From NCBI GenBank assembly GCA_013265495.1, contig MU058037.1, positions 1,923,498-1,959,452 on the forward strand: a DNA stretch of 35,955 nt, in the 5' to 3' direction. Position numbers and translations under genes: made by a program. How positions within the stretch are numbered: position 1 is the first letter of the stretch; each line of letters starts with the position of its first letter. The notes below the pieces were generated by a model. That model did no database searches and was not told where the DNA came from. It was given only the letters and a program-made list of their open reading frames with translations. Source of the DNA: Vicugna vicugna (lineage: Eukaryota). Positions 23,815 to 35,955 of this stretch are shown one piece after another.

Positions 23815-25700
23815 TTTTGTTGTAGTAAAAAATACACAACATGAGACCTACCTTCTTTACACATTTTTAAGTATACAGTACAGTATTGTTAACTATATGC
23901 ACATTGTTCTACAGCAGATCTCTAGAATGTTTTCATTTTGCATTACTGAAACTCTATACCTATCAAACAGCAACTACCCATTCCCTCCCCCACCTCTGGC
24001 CCCACCCTCCCTCCGCCTTAGCCCCTGGCAAGCACCATTCTAATTTGTGGCTTTATGAGTTTAACTACTTTAGATACTTCATGTAAGTGTCTTTCTGTGA
24101 TTGGCTTATTTCACTTAGCGTAATGTCCTTGACGTTCATCTATCTTGTAGCATATGACAGGATTTTCTAATTTTTGAGGCTAAATTCCACTGTATGTATA
24201 TACTACATTTCATTTATCCATTCATGTGTCAATAAACATTTAGGTTGTTTCTACATCTTGATTATTGTGACTAATGCTGCAATGAAGATAGAATGTAAAT
24301 ATCTCTTCAAGATTTTTTTTTAATTCTTTAGGATAAATACATAGAAGTGGGATTGCTGTATCATAATTTGATAGTTGTGTTTTTAAATTTTTTGAGGAAC
24401 CTCTGTACTATTTCCATAGCAGATGTACCATTTTACTTTCCTACCAGCAGTGCACAAGGGTCCCAGTTTCTCTATATTCTCACCAATTCTTATTATTTTT
24501 CTGTTTTTTCTTTCTTTTTTTTTTATAATGACCATCCTCACACATATGAGGTGATATCTCATTGTGATTTTGATTTGCATTTCCCTGATGATTAGTGATG
24601 TTGGCCATCTTTACATAAACCTGTTGGCCATTTGGATGTCTTCTTTTTTATGCAACTAAATCCTTTGCCCAGTTTTAATCAAGTTTTTGATATTTTTTGC
24701 TATTGAATGGTAGTGGTTCCTTATATTTTTGGGGTGTTAACCCCCATAACATATACAGTTTGCATTATTTTCTCCTACTCCATAGGTTTCCTTTCCATTT
24801 TGTTGATTGTTTCCTTTGCTGCGAAGAAGCTTTTTAGTTTGATATAGTCCTACTTGTCTATTTTCAATTTTTTCGCTTGTGCTTTTGGTGTTGTAGTCAA
24901 GAAATCATTGCCAATACCAATTTCTTGAAGCTAATCCCTTATGTTTTCTCCTGTGGGTTTTACAGTTTCAGTTTCAGGTCTTACATTCAAGTCTTTGATC
25001 CATTTTGAGTTGATTTTCATGTATGGCATAAGGTAAGGGTCCAATTTCATTCTGGATATCCAGTTCCCCCAACACCATTTGTTGAAAAGCCTGTCTTTTC
25101 CACATTGTGTAGTCTTGGCACCCTTGTCAAACACCAGTTCACCTTATATGTGCAGGTTTATTTCTGGGCTCCCTATTTTGTTCCACTGGTGTATATGTCT
25201 GTCTTTATGCCAGTACCATATTGGTTGGATTACTATAACTTTGTAATATGTTTTGAAATCAGAATGTGTGAGGTCTCCAGCTTTGTTCTTTCTCAAGATT
25301 GTCTTGGCTATTTGGGATACCTTGATGTTCCACATGAATTTAAGGATTTTTTTTTAATGCTGTATAAAAATGCCATTGGGTTTTTGACATAGATTGCCTT
25401 GAATCTGTAGATCACTTTGGGCAGTATGGACATTTAACAATATTAAGTCTTCCAATCCATAAACACAGGGTGGCTGTGTTATTTGGTTCTTCTTTAATTT
25501 CATTCAGCAATGTTTTGTAGTTCTCATTGTAAAGGCTTTCACCTCCTTGGTTAAGTTTATTCCCAAATATTTTACTCTTTTTGATGCTATGTAAATAAGG
25601 TGATTTTCTTAATTTTTCCTTTCAAATTGTTTGTTATTAGTATATTGAAAGACAAATGATTTTTGTATCCTGCAACTTTGCTGAAATTATTAATTTTTTC
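23815..25700 (-). mobile_element. Decayed LINE-1 (L1MA9-like), 5'-truncated, copy B
   Basis: Reverse L1MA9-type 3' end ('gtatacagtacagtattgttaactatatgcacattgttctacagcagatctctagaa'), with ORF2 fragments '[34 protein letters not shown]' and 'MQIKITMRYHL'. Possible aged TSD gagaggtgagcatttt (23803) / gagagataagtatctt (25704). Confidence 0.95.
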
Positions 25701-26439
25701 TAGGAGAGATAAGTATCTTTAATGCAGAACACTTGTTTCTCTGTGAACCTGTCAAATGTCCTCCAGCCTGGTCTGTTTGTACTCCTACATTTTTTTCTTT
25801 AGTTAGTCATTCTTGTCTGCTTCTCCAGGACCCTAAGATCATAAAATGTAACTAGCTAGATAGTCAAGCTGTTGAAGTGCCAAAGACCCAACCATAGTGA
25901 GGTCTTCCAAAAGAACAGGACAGAACCCAGAACCCAAGACAGGGCTAAACTTGTTCTGGCTAGTGATGTGAGTCTAGCCATGATGCTTTGTTGTCCTGGG
26001 GTCTAGGAATCAGAAATGGCATCAGGTAACCCCTCTGTCCTAGCAAACCTGAATTTCACAAAGCATTGCTTCTATTTCCTCAGTGTCAGCCACCATGAAT
26101 AACACAACCAACTACCATTTTACATTTTGCAGGCTCTGGATTACTTCAAAGAAATTCTCAGACAATTTCCTGAAGGCTCTAAAGTAGCCATACACTGTTG
26201 TTTTTTTTTTTTTTAACTACATAATGATTCCCTTGGATTAGGGCAATTTTCCACATTTCACATCAGCTTTTCCAATGTAGTTGATATAAAATACTTTTTT
26301 TCTCAGTTCAGAAGGACCACTTAAATTGGTCTTTAGGTAACACTGGTGAAAAAGGTGTGTTCATTTGTCATAATACAATAAAAATTAGAATATATTATGC
26401 CAATTGACTTTAATATTTATGCCTTGACAAAATAATTTC

Positions 26440-26750
26440 ATTTATAGACATATAAACCAAGAAAATAATCTGAACTAGACAAAAGATTTTATGCTCATAT
26501 ATATTTATTATAACATTATTTTCAATGGTGAAAAGCTAGAAACACCCTATGAAGCTAACACTAGAAGGATGGTTCAATTAACCATTAAAATTATGCTCAT
26601 GAGGAGATTTTGAGAGAACTGAAAAGTAGTTGCTGTAATACTAAGAGGAAAGAACATTTAAAATAGTATATGTAGTCTAATTAAAGTTTTTAGAGAAAAA
26701 TACACAAAAATCTATACACAAGAAAACATCTGTCAAGAAATATACTACAG
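26440..26750 (+). mobile_element. Very old L1 3' UTR fragment (L1ME-type)
   Basis: 'atatttattataacattattttcaatggtgaaaagctagaaacaccct' and 'aaaatagtatatgtagt'. Confidence 0.55.
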
Positions 26751-26799
26751 CAGTGGCCCCAACTTTTCATGTATGAGAACCCTAATCAAAAACTCACCA

Positions 26800-27440
26800 T
26801 AGATTTCTGGTTCCAGTCAGAGTGGAGTAGTTCCATTCCTCCCAGGACCTCTCTTTAATATCTAAAAAAATCCCTGGATGTAACAGCAAACAAGCATAGG
26901 AAGACTGAAAGGTGGTAAGAAGAAGATAGATTACCTAGGGATCTTGGGACTGAAGGAAAGACACAGTGGTGAAGTTCCCTGGGGTGTCTTACAGTCTCCC
27001 ATATGTCTTAGATGATACAGAAGCCTCCAACCCAAACCACCAACAGGCACAGACCCAAAAAAATCTCTAAGAAAAGCTTATTATCCTTTTCCAAAGGACT
27101 GGAGAAAGGGTCACCTAGTAACAGACAAACTTTTTAGCAGTACCTGCCCTACTTCAGCTAAACACCAGTGGAGTAATTGCACCACTCTAACTGACAGTTT
27201 CAGTGAGGTCCAGCTAGGAAGTGAGCTTTTGTCTGCATCCTGCAGCAACAAATCAGTGTGTCAGCCCTTTGCTTCCCCTCTCCCTGGTGTCAGTGGGATT
27301 GGGGTGGGTGGGGCAAGGAGCTACAATTACACCTCCACTCAAAGACAACAAGGCAGTGAGAGTTGGTGCCCTATTTTTGCCAGGAAGGTGTCAGCAGGGC
27401 CAAGGGGGCAGCTGAACTTCCACTCCAACCATTTGCAATG
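26800..27440 (+). mobile_element. Old L1 5' UTR-like segment (L1MC/L1MD 5' end)
   Basis: Begins 'gatttctggttccagtcagagtggagtagttccattcctccc', which resembles the gacttccgg...aagatggag start of old L1s. It directly abuts L1 ORF2 sequence. Confidence 0.55.
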
Positions 27441-27442
27441 AG

Positions 27443-28370
27443 GCAGTATAAGTTCATACTTCTAAGTAATCCATGAATCAAAAAGGGAGTCTCAAAGGAA
27501 ATTTTAAAAATACATAGAACTCGATGCAAATGAAAATATAACATATCAAAAATATGTGATACACAGCTAAAGCAGTGCTGAGAGAGAAATTTATACCACC
27601 GAATGCTTCTGTTAGAAAACAGGACAAGTCTCAAATCAATAATCTAACTTCCTACCTCAAAGAACTACAAAAAAGAGCAAAATAAACTCAAAGCAAGTAG
27701 AAGGAAGTAAATAATAAGAACAGATAACAATGAAATTGAAAAGAGGAAAATAATAGAGAAAATTAATGGAACAAAAGCTGGTTTTTAGAAAAAAATCAAT
27801 AAAACTGATAAATGTCTATCAACACTGAAAGAGAGAAGACAAAACTCAACATCAGGAATGAAGCGGGATATCACTATAGATCCAGCAGAGAACACTACAA
27901 AGAAGTTTGTGCTCATAAATTCTAAAACTTAGGAAAAAATAAACCAGTTCCTTAAAAACTACAAATTACCAAATTAAACCAAGATGAAATAGTTAATCTG
28001 AATAGTTCTATAGTTGTTAAAGAAATGAGTTCATAATTTAAAATCTCCCCCAAAAAGAAATCTCTAGGCCCAGATGGCTTCATTGGAGAAGTCTACCAAA
28101 CACTTAAAGAATAATTAGCACCAATTTATACAATCTCTTCTGAAGAATATAGGGGAAGGGAACATTTTACAATTCATTTTATGAGGCTAGTGTTACCCTC
28201 ACATCAAAACTAGACAAAAGCAGTGCAACAGAAAGGAAAGAAGGAAGGAAAGAAAAGAAAAGAAAAAAAAGAAAAATTGAAAAAGACTACATACAGATTT
28301 TTTTTCATGGACTTACATGCAAAAATCCTCAAGAAACATCAGCAAATCAAATCCAGAAATGTATTAAAAA
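27443..28370 (+). mobile_element. LINE-1 ORF2 (end of EN domain to start of RT; L1MC/MD-type)
   Basis: 'atgaaaatataacatatcaaaatatgtgatacacagctaaagcagtgctgagagagaaatttata', 'ctctaggcccagatggcttcattggagaagtctaccaaac' (PGPDGF) and 'gcaaaaatcctcaagaaac'. Confidence 0.92.
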
Positions 28371-29107
28371 TACAGAAGAGACAAGAATATACAATGAGGG
28401 GAAAGACAACCTCTTCAATAAGTGGTGCAGGGAAAACTGGAGAGCTGCATGCAAAAGAATCAAACTAGACTACTCTCTCACACCACATATAAAAATAAAC
28501 TCAAAATTGATTAAATACTTAAATGTAAGACCTGAAACCATAAAACTCTTAGAAGAAGACAGGCAATGTGCTCTTTGGCATTGGTCTTAGCAATATTTTT
28601 TTTGGATGTGTCTCCTCAGACAAGGGCAACAAAGGCAAAAATAAATAAATGAGACTACGTCAAACTGAAAAGCTCTTCCACAGTAATGGAAACTATCAGC
28701 AAAACAGAAAGGCCACCTACTGAATGGGAGAAGATATTTACAAACGATATATCTAATAAGAGGTTAATATCCAAAATATATAAAGAACTCATACAACTCA
28801 ATATTTTTAAAAAATCTGATTTTGAAATGTGCAGAGGACCTGAATAGGCATTTTTCCATAGAGGACATACAGATGGCCAACAGGCACATGAAGAGATGCT
28901 CGACATCTCTAACCATCAGGGAAATGCAAATCAAAACCACAGTCACCTTACACCTGTCAGAATGGCTGTTAACAAAAAGACAACAAATAACAAGTATTGT
29001 TGAGGTGTAAAGCGATCCTTTATGCACTGTTGGTAGGAATGTAAATTTGTGTAGCCACTATGGAAAACAGTATGAAATTTCCTCAAAAAATTAAAAATAG
29101 AACCACT
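28371..29107 (+). mobile_element. Younger LINE-1 ORF2 C-terminal fragment nested in the older L1
   Basis: '[36 protein letters not shown]' is closer to intact ORF2p. 'ttggtcttagcaatatttttttttggatgtgtctcctcag' is typical of laurasiatherian L1s. It is out of register with the flanking L1. Confidence 0.85.
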
Positions 29108-30542
29108 CTATGTGTGCTCATGGATTAAAAGACTCAACCTAGTAAAGATGCCAGTTCTCCTTAAACTGATATGCAGACTTAATACAATTGCTATCAAAAT
29201 CCTAGCAAGGTTTTTGTGTGTGTGTGTGAACATAAACAAGCTTATTCTAATATTTATGTGGAAAGGCACTGGACCTAGAAAAGCTAAATAATTGTGAAAA
29301 AGAATAATAGTGGGAAGAATCACTCTACCTGATGTTAAAGCTTACTATATAGCAACAGTAATCAAAACAGTGTGGCATCAGCAGAATGATAGGCACATAG
29401 ATTCATGGAACAGAATAGAGAACCAAGAAATGGACACATATAAATATGCCGTACTGATTTTTGACAAAGATACAAAAGCAATTTAATGGAGGAAGGATAG
29501 TCTTTTAAACAAATGTTGCTGACACAATTGGGCCTCTATAGACAAAATAAGCAAATAAACGAAAACTCAGCCTAAACTTCATACTTGATACAAAAATCAA
29601 CTGAAAATGGATAATGGACATATTCTTTACATGTAAACATAAATATAAATATAAACTTTAAGAAATAAACAGAAAATCTTTGGGACCTTGAGCTAGACAA
29701 AGAGCTTTTGGACTTGATACCAAAAGCATAATTCCTAAGAGGAAAAAATTATAAATTGGACCTCATTCAAACAAAAAACTTTTTATCTGACAAACACCTG
29801 GTGAAGAGGGCGAAAAGATAAGCCAGAGACTGGGAGAAAATATTTTCAAACTCTATGGCCTACAAAGAGAACTCTGAAAACTCAGAAGTGAAAAAAACAA
29901 TTCGAGTAGAAAATGGACAAAAGACAGGAACAGACATCATACTGAAGAAGACATAACAATGGGAAAAAGCACGTGAAATGAATTTTAACATTATTAACCA
30001 TTGGAAAATGCAAATTCAAAGCATGAGATATTATTACATTCCTATAAGAATTGCTAAAATTAAAAATGGTGACAACATCAAATGCTGCAAGGATGTTGAG
30101 AAACTTGATCAATCGTATACTGCTGGTGGGAATGTAAAATGGTACAGCATCTCTGGAAACAAGTATGGTGATTTCTTACAAAACTGAACATGCACCTGCC
30201 ATGTGACTCAGCAGTTACCCACTTGTGCATTTATCATCAAGAAACAAAAAATGATGTTTACACAAAAACCTGTAAATAAATGTTCATAGCAGCTTCATTC
30301 ATAATAGCTCAAACTGGAAACAATGCAGATGCCCTTCAATAGGTGAGCAGTTAAACAAACTGTGGCATATCCATACTATGGAATACTACTTAGCAATAAA
30401 AAAATAACAAATTCTAGCTATATGTAACAACCTGGATAAATTTCCTGGGAATTAGGCTGAGTGGAAAAAGCCGATCTCAAGAGGTTAATAATGTATGATG
30501 TCATTTATATAGCATTCTTGAAATGACAAAACTATAGAATTT
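29108..30542 (+). mobile_element. LINE-1 ORF2 C-terminal part and 3' UTR (L1MC/MD-type)
   Basis: 'ctcatggattaaaagactcaacctagtaaagatgccagttctcc', 'MQIQSMRYYYIPIRIAKIKNGDNIKCCKDVEKL' and 3' UTR 'atagcattcttgaaatgacaaaactatagaa'. Confidence 0.92.
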
Positions 30543-33479
30543 AAGGATCTTTTGGTTCTCTCTAAGTTACTGTGTATATCATGTATAAACAATGTATAGA
30601 TTAGAATTAAATTACAAAAAAACAACCCTGCAACAATTAGAAGTATCCAACAACAGTAACACTAACGTTGCACTGAACACAATTTAACTTTATTTTAGAT
30701 TCAGAATCTTGTACCCTCTCAGGACCATCTTCATAAAAGCATTTCTTACTGTGAAATGAACAATTGCCAATTCATATAAATTTCTTGTCTATAGGAATCT
30801 GGATCAAAGAAAAACTCTTTGTTTTTTTTTTTAGCAATTCATGGAAAATTATACTAACTAGAACATTAAATCATTTATGAACATTAAATGTAAAATTAAG
30901 TGTTGAGACATTTCCAAAAACTTGAAATAAGTATTTAAGTTGTCATTTGATACATTCGTTTTTCAAAATACTTCTTTGATTAAACCCAATGAAATATTTT
31001 TATAAGCTAATATCTCATCTTTTCTGTGTTTATGAGAATTGGTATGGAGTAGGTTCAGGCCTCCTTCACGGCTGAACCAGCTAATAAATCTTTACCAAGG
31101 GTTTACATTCCTATGCTACATAGTCAGGCCTAGGATCTCTCCTGGACCATGAGGCCCTGCTTAATTTATGCTGACTTCTCTTTTCCTCCCACAACCCAAC
31201 ATTTTGTCAGTCCTAGTTGAGAGAGCCAAGCTAATTTCAGATTAAATTTTAGAAAGAAGCAGATTTTTTTTTCCTTCAACACTAAGCTATTTGTGGGACA
31301 GAAAACAACAAAAATAACAATAAGAATTACTTTTGAGGTTCTGCATATTCCAAATGGTAAATAAAACCTCTTTGCAAGGCAAACATCTTTTCCAGGACAC
31401 TGAGAAGTTTTTGCTTCCTATTGGCCTGCAAGCTCATACATCTGTGTATTACTTCTGCCTGTCAGTCTCCAATACCTCAGGATGAATTTTTATTAAGAAC
31501 CATAGGGGTCAGACATGGACCTGCATGATCCTTAAAGATAAGTGCAAGGAATCCAGATTAGAAGCAGAGCGAAAAAAGAGAAAGAGAAGATTCGTTTCTA
31601 AAGCATTTATTTCAATACCAAACATGGAAGCCAAAGAGTAGAAGATCATGTGTATGGGCATGTTGGAGAGCAAGCACTGTCCATGAGTGCTCTGTGGATT
31701 TTGCTCTGTTTTCCTGCAGTAACTTTCTAAGTACCTTAAATATTCTGATAAAATATTCCCAGGGTCAGTTTTGCTGATTGAGAAGGCCAACCACTACCTA
31801 TGTGGTATGACTACCCCCAAATACCTCCCTCATGCCAAGGCCATCATACCAGAAATTTCCACATTGGAAGTGTATCCCTTTGAACCTCTGGAGTTTCTGG
31901 TGTGTAAAATAGTGCATTTTAAGTCCTCTTTCTGGAGTCAACAGTCTATAAATTATAAATAAATAAATAAAGAAGGGAACGTTAAGAAGCAAATACCTCT
32001 GGGACTCATCATAGCACTTCACCCTTGATTTGCTGAATTCAAGGCCCTGAGAATTTTGCCTCATGTAGGGCTGAGTCTGGGGACTTTGAAAAACTGGAAG
32101 GAGGGATGGGAGGGGCCAAAAGAAAGGCTCTGCTTCCTTCCAGTGTTAGTGGGAACAGCAGCATCTGTCACTCTTGTTGCATACTGCCCCCAGTTCCTCC
32201 CATCTGGTAAATGAGCTCATCACTGCAGTTAATGGCTCTTATTAGCTCTAGTGGCAAGAAAGGAAAGTTCTAGGCTTTTCTACCAAAAATCACCCTTTCT
32301 CTTACTCTCTATCTTTAAATGAAGTAAAGCTCTTCAGTGAAAGCAGAGCCTCTTTGTTAGATAAAACCTGATGGGCTAAACAAAGTAAAGCTAGATTTCT
32401 TATGGATACATATGTATACATTTGATTTAATCAAACCAGCTTTTTTGTTATTTAAAATCACAAAATTATAAGTATCTGATTATAAAATTAATAGGTATTC
32501 ATTAGAAAGAAATTTTGAGAGATAAAAAAGTATTAAAGAAAAATAATTCTGCACTCCAACACTATGACAGCTAATGTTTTAAATAGAAATTGTGAACTTT
32601 AATTTTAATTGGCTATAACCAAAAGAAAAATCAACTATAGTAAAACTGAAGGAATTAAACAAGCAATATCTTAAGTGATTTCTTTTAACTAATAATAAAA
32701 ACTGTGAACAATAGAATGAAATGGATTATTATTAGATTTTGGAAAAAATTTTCATGAATCTGAATATGAATGAGCATAAGTTTAAGTTTACAAGAATCGG
32801 AAAGCCAGCTGTCTTATAAAAATTTTAAAGCGCCACTAACAAAAAGCATCAAGATGATATCAAATCAAACTGATCAATAATTCAATTTTTTAAGGACTGT
32901 ATTCACCAAAACCCACTTTTAAAATGGTCTTTTTAGGAGATGATTTTAGAGGAAGAACTGATTTATAAGTAAAATGCACCATAAAATGAAAATAACTTCT
33001 AGGATTAAAGAAGCTCATCATACATAAACAGCTAGAGCTATAACTTATTGTAACTCCAAAGAGATTATATGAGAATTCATAGAATTGTCTCTCTCCTTCT
33101 TCCTGATTTATCTGATCAGTGAAGGTGTGGCTTTGTCATATATTATTTATGAACTCCATTTGTTTAAAATTATACTTTGTTTTAGTGTACTTCATATTTA
33201 AATCTTGACTTTCTTATGAAGTTTTCTGTTTTCCCTACATATCCTATTGCCATTGTTATCTTAATTAGAAGAGTCAGATACTTTCATCTAATTAGCATTG
33301 AGCCATAGGTGTACTTCTGTGTTCATAATCATGTAATTAATATAATTTGTAAATTGTATTCACATTCATCTTCCATACATGCTTCTTCGCCATACTTAGG
33401 TGAAAGGAAGAATTTATAACTTTGTGTGATCCCCTCCCTTCACTCTACTTAGTCTTCGTAGATTAGGCTTAGGAGGTAA

Positions 33480-33570
33480 GAGTAGGATTGTGAGACCTTA
33501 GGCAAGCCATTTTACCTCTGTCATTCTCAGTTTCTGCCATAGGGAAAATGAGTTTTGGACTAGAAAGTGT
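33480..33570 (+). mobile_element. MIR core fragment
   Basis: 'tgtgagaccttaggcaagccattttacctctgtcattctcagtttctgccatagggaaaatgag'. Confidence 0.7.
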
Positions 33571-33784
33571 ATTTTGAAATACACTTATCATTACACCTAT
33601 CATACACTTATCATTATTACTATTATTATTGATTATGCAACAACATTTTTGTTTTAACAAGTGAAATTGTATGCACAACCCAATGTGTAAAACAGATGGA
33701 TCTAATGTAACATATGGAGCTAAGTGGTTAAATGGGGGCATGAAAGCATTGCCCACTTGACCTCCCCTTTTCTCCGTATGTGCT

Positions 33785-34505
33785 ATTCATATATTCATTT
33801 GAACAATTTTTACCAAGTACATGCTATGTGTCAGGAACTCTTGTAGATGCTGGAGATACTGAACACAGAGTTGGGAAAAAATGTGCACAATTGGCTCTTA
33901 TGTGTCCATTCAAGCAGGCTCCAGGGCACCACTGAGTATAAGAAAACTAAAATTAGTGAAGGATGATTTCACGTTTTTTGTCCTGAGCAACAGAGGGGAT
34001 ATGTGGTCATCAAATAAGATGGGTTACACTATGGGTGGATCAAGTTGAGGGCATCGCAGACCAGGAGTTCAGCTTTGGGCATATTAATTAAGGATGTCTC
34101 TTAGATATCCAAGTGTAGACATCAAGTAGGTAGCAGGATATATGATTCTGAGGTTCTGAGAAGACATAGAGGGTGAATATATGAATACTATGAATGTGAA
34201 CACCAGGAACCTGTAAATGGTATTTAAAGCCATGAAACTGGAAGACAACACCAAAAGAATGAATGTAAATATAGAAGAGATGAAGTCCAAGGCCTGAGCT
34301 CTAGGAAATCTGATGATTAGAGGTACATGAGATAAAGAGGAATCAGCAGGGGAGACAGAGAAACAACAGCCAGAGTTAGGAGGAAAAACTACATGAATTT
34401 AATGTCCTGGAAGCAAAGTAAAGAAAATGATTCAAGTAGAAATAGTGATAAACTGTGCCAAATGCTTCTTCAAGGTCAAGAAAGATGAGGATTGAGAATT
34501 GACCA
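33785..34505 (-). mobile_element. LINE-2 fragments (L2a-like)
   Basis: Reverse L2 3' end 'attcatttgaacaatttttaccaagtacatgctatgtgtcaggaactcttgtagatgctggagatac', plus internal 'gatatccaagtgtagacatcaagtaggtagc' and 'gtcaagaaagatgaggattgagaattgacca'. Confidence 0.88.
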
Positions 34506-35641
34506 GCAAGAAAACTCCACAGAACCTGGAACTTGGAATGCTGTTTTAAAACTACAGAGCTAAAATCCAATGACTCTTTTCTAGTCTGAATCTCTTCATG
34601 GAATCCACTTCCATGTGACCTATAATGAGGATTTTTTTCACTGCCAGGGCATTGCCTATCACTTTTGTTGACCTCCTTGACAATATCACCTGCTACCATA
34701 CGCTTCCCTAAGGCATTTATCTGCAGCAATTAACTTCCTTCTACCATGTGTGACTGTGCTCAACACAGCCCTTAAACCTGGGCAAACTGAGCCCCTCCCC
34801 CAGCCCCCCCGCCCAGGCCACACAAGGGGCCCAGTGCTTTAGCATACCTTCCTTGAAACTTTCCTAGAGGCCTTCTGGTATATCTGGGACTGGGTGAGGT
34901 CAATAATCTCTTCTGGGAGGCCAGTCCTGGACCAGGACAAGGAAAAATATTCTTTCTGCTCCCCTCACCCTGCTCAAGTGCCCCTTATCTCTCTTTCCTA
35001 AGAAGAAGATCTACATTATTTCAATACAAAGAAGTTCCAAAGAATCATGGTGTTGTGGATAATAACAGTGTTGTTACCTTTTTCTTCTGTTGGGAGATAG
35101 GAAATTATCAAGGAATGGCAGATTTGAAAATAAGAAAATGAAGATATCATTACAGGATCTGAAAAAAAAGATACTGTGCCTAGATACCACAAAGAATCTT
35201 TATGTGCTTTGATTGGGCAATAAAAAATATGAAAATACCTCTTCTCTACCCATAATCCTAAATATTCATCATTAAATCAAATGGGCCCATGAATTTTGTC
35301 ATACATTTTAAAATCAAATTGTGTATATAGACAGAAACCTTGCAAAAAATATTTGCTTGGAGCACCACACACCCTAGGGAAGACCCTAACTGTTTGTCAT
35401 CAGGTGCACCCCTACCCCCATCTCATGGGGCATATTGGCTTTCAAGTCCCTGCATCTATCAATGCCAAATAAGTTTGGAACATTAGCCTTGACAATCCAC
35501 CTTAAAATGGAAAATGTTATTACTCAGTGTGAATTTACAGTTTTGAATGCATTCTGTTTTCTTGGGAGTTCAAAGATAGGAGCATCCACCTGCTTCTCTG
35601 TCTTTCTTCTAAGGTTATCACCTGTTAAAGCAACCCTAGCT

Positions 35642-35955
35642 CTTTTTTTTTTTACATTTTTTTTATTGAGTAATAGTCGTTTTACAATGTTGTGTCAAAT
35701 TCCAGTGTAGAGCACAATTTTTCAGTTATACATGAACATACATATATGCATTGTCACATTTTTTTTTCACTGTGAGCTACCATAAGATCTTGTATATATT
35801 TCCCTGTGCTATACAGTACAATCTTGTTTATCTATTCTACATTTTGAAGTCCCAGTCTGTCCCTTCCCAGCCCCCGCCCCCTTGGCAACCACAAGTTTGT
35901 ACTCTATGTGTATGAGTCTGTTTCTGTTTTGTATTTATGTTCATCTTTTTTTTTT
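35642..35955 (-). mobile_element. Young L1 3' end (camelid-type, L1_Vpa-like), runs to the window edge
   Basis: A poly(T) tail is followed by 'ttattgagtaatagtcgttttacaatgttgtgtcaaattccagtgtagagcacaatttttcagttatacatgaac...cccccgccccttggcaaccacaagtttgtactctatgtgtatgagtctgtttctgttttgta'. Same family as 13587-13716. Confidence 0.92.

Noticed and set aside
9400..30540. Similarity between the L1 at 9400-10800 and the L1 at 29100-30540, suggesting a segmental duplication
   Set aside because: Divergence looks typical of independent copies of related L1MC/MD subfamilies, and the flanks are unrelated.
31509..32064. ORFs of 63-93 aa on both strands
   Set aside because: No recognisable homology or consistent coding splice structure; lengths are compatible with chance.
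1..35955. A novel multi-gene biological system, CRISPR array, tRNA or rRNA
   Set aside because: There are no long ORFs, repeat-spacer arrays or structured RNA signatures; the window is mammalian repeat-rich non-coding DNA.

Overview
This is mammalian genomic DNA, intronic or intergenic, and AT-rich. It is probably camelid, because the two youngest L1 3' ends resemble the alpaca/camel L1 family as I recall it. I find no credible protein-coding exon, RNA gene or prokaryote-type system. The supplied ORFs are either decayed LINE-1 ORF2 fragments or chance ORFs. More than half of the window is layered transposable-element debris: several L1s of different ages, L2, MIR, and MaLR/ERVL/ERV solo LTRs, often nested. 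The main observations are: (1) two old L1 copies about 17 kb apart in inverted orientation share a ~430-bp tract at ~95% identity with shared indels, while their flanks are much more diverged, which suggests ectopic gene conversion; (2) the seemingly unique stretch at ~19.85-20.7 kb reads as a heavily decayed RTE-X (L4-like) LINE with RT and C-terminal motifs in the expected order; (3) a 130-bp young L1 3' end has a perfect 16-bp TSD, and a 460-bp solo LTR has a 5-bp TSD; (4) a repeat-free island beside a compound microsatellite carries two identical myogenic-type E-boxes. Repeat subfamily names come from memory of consensus sequences and boundaries are approximate.
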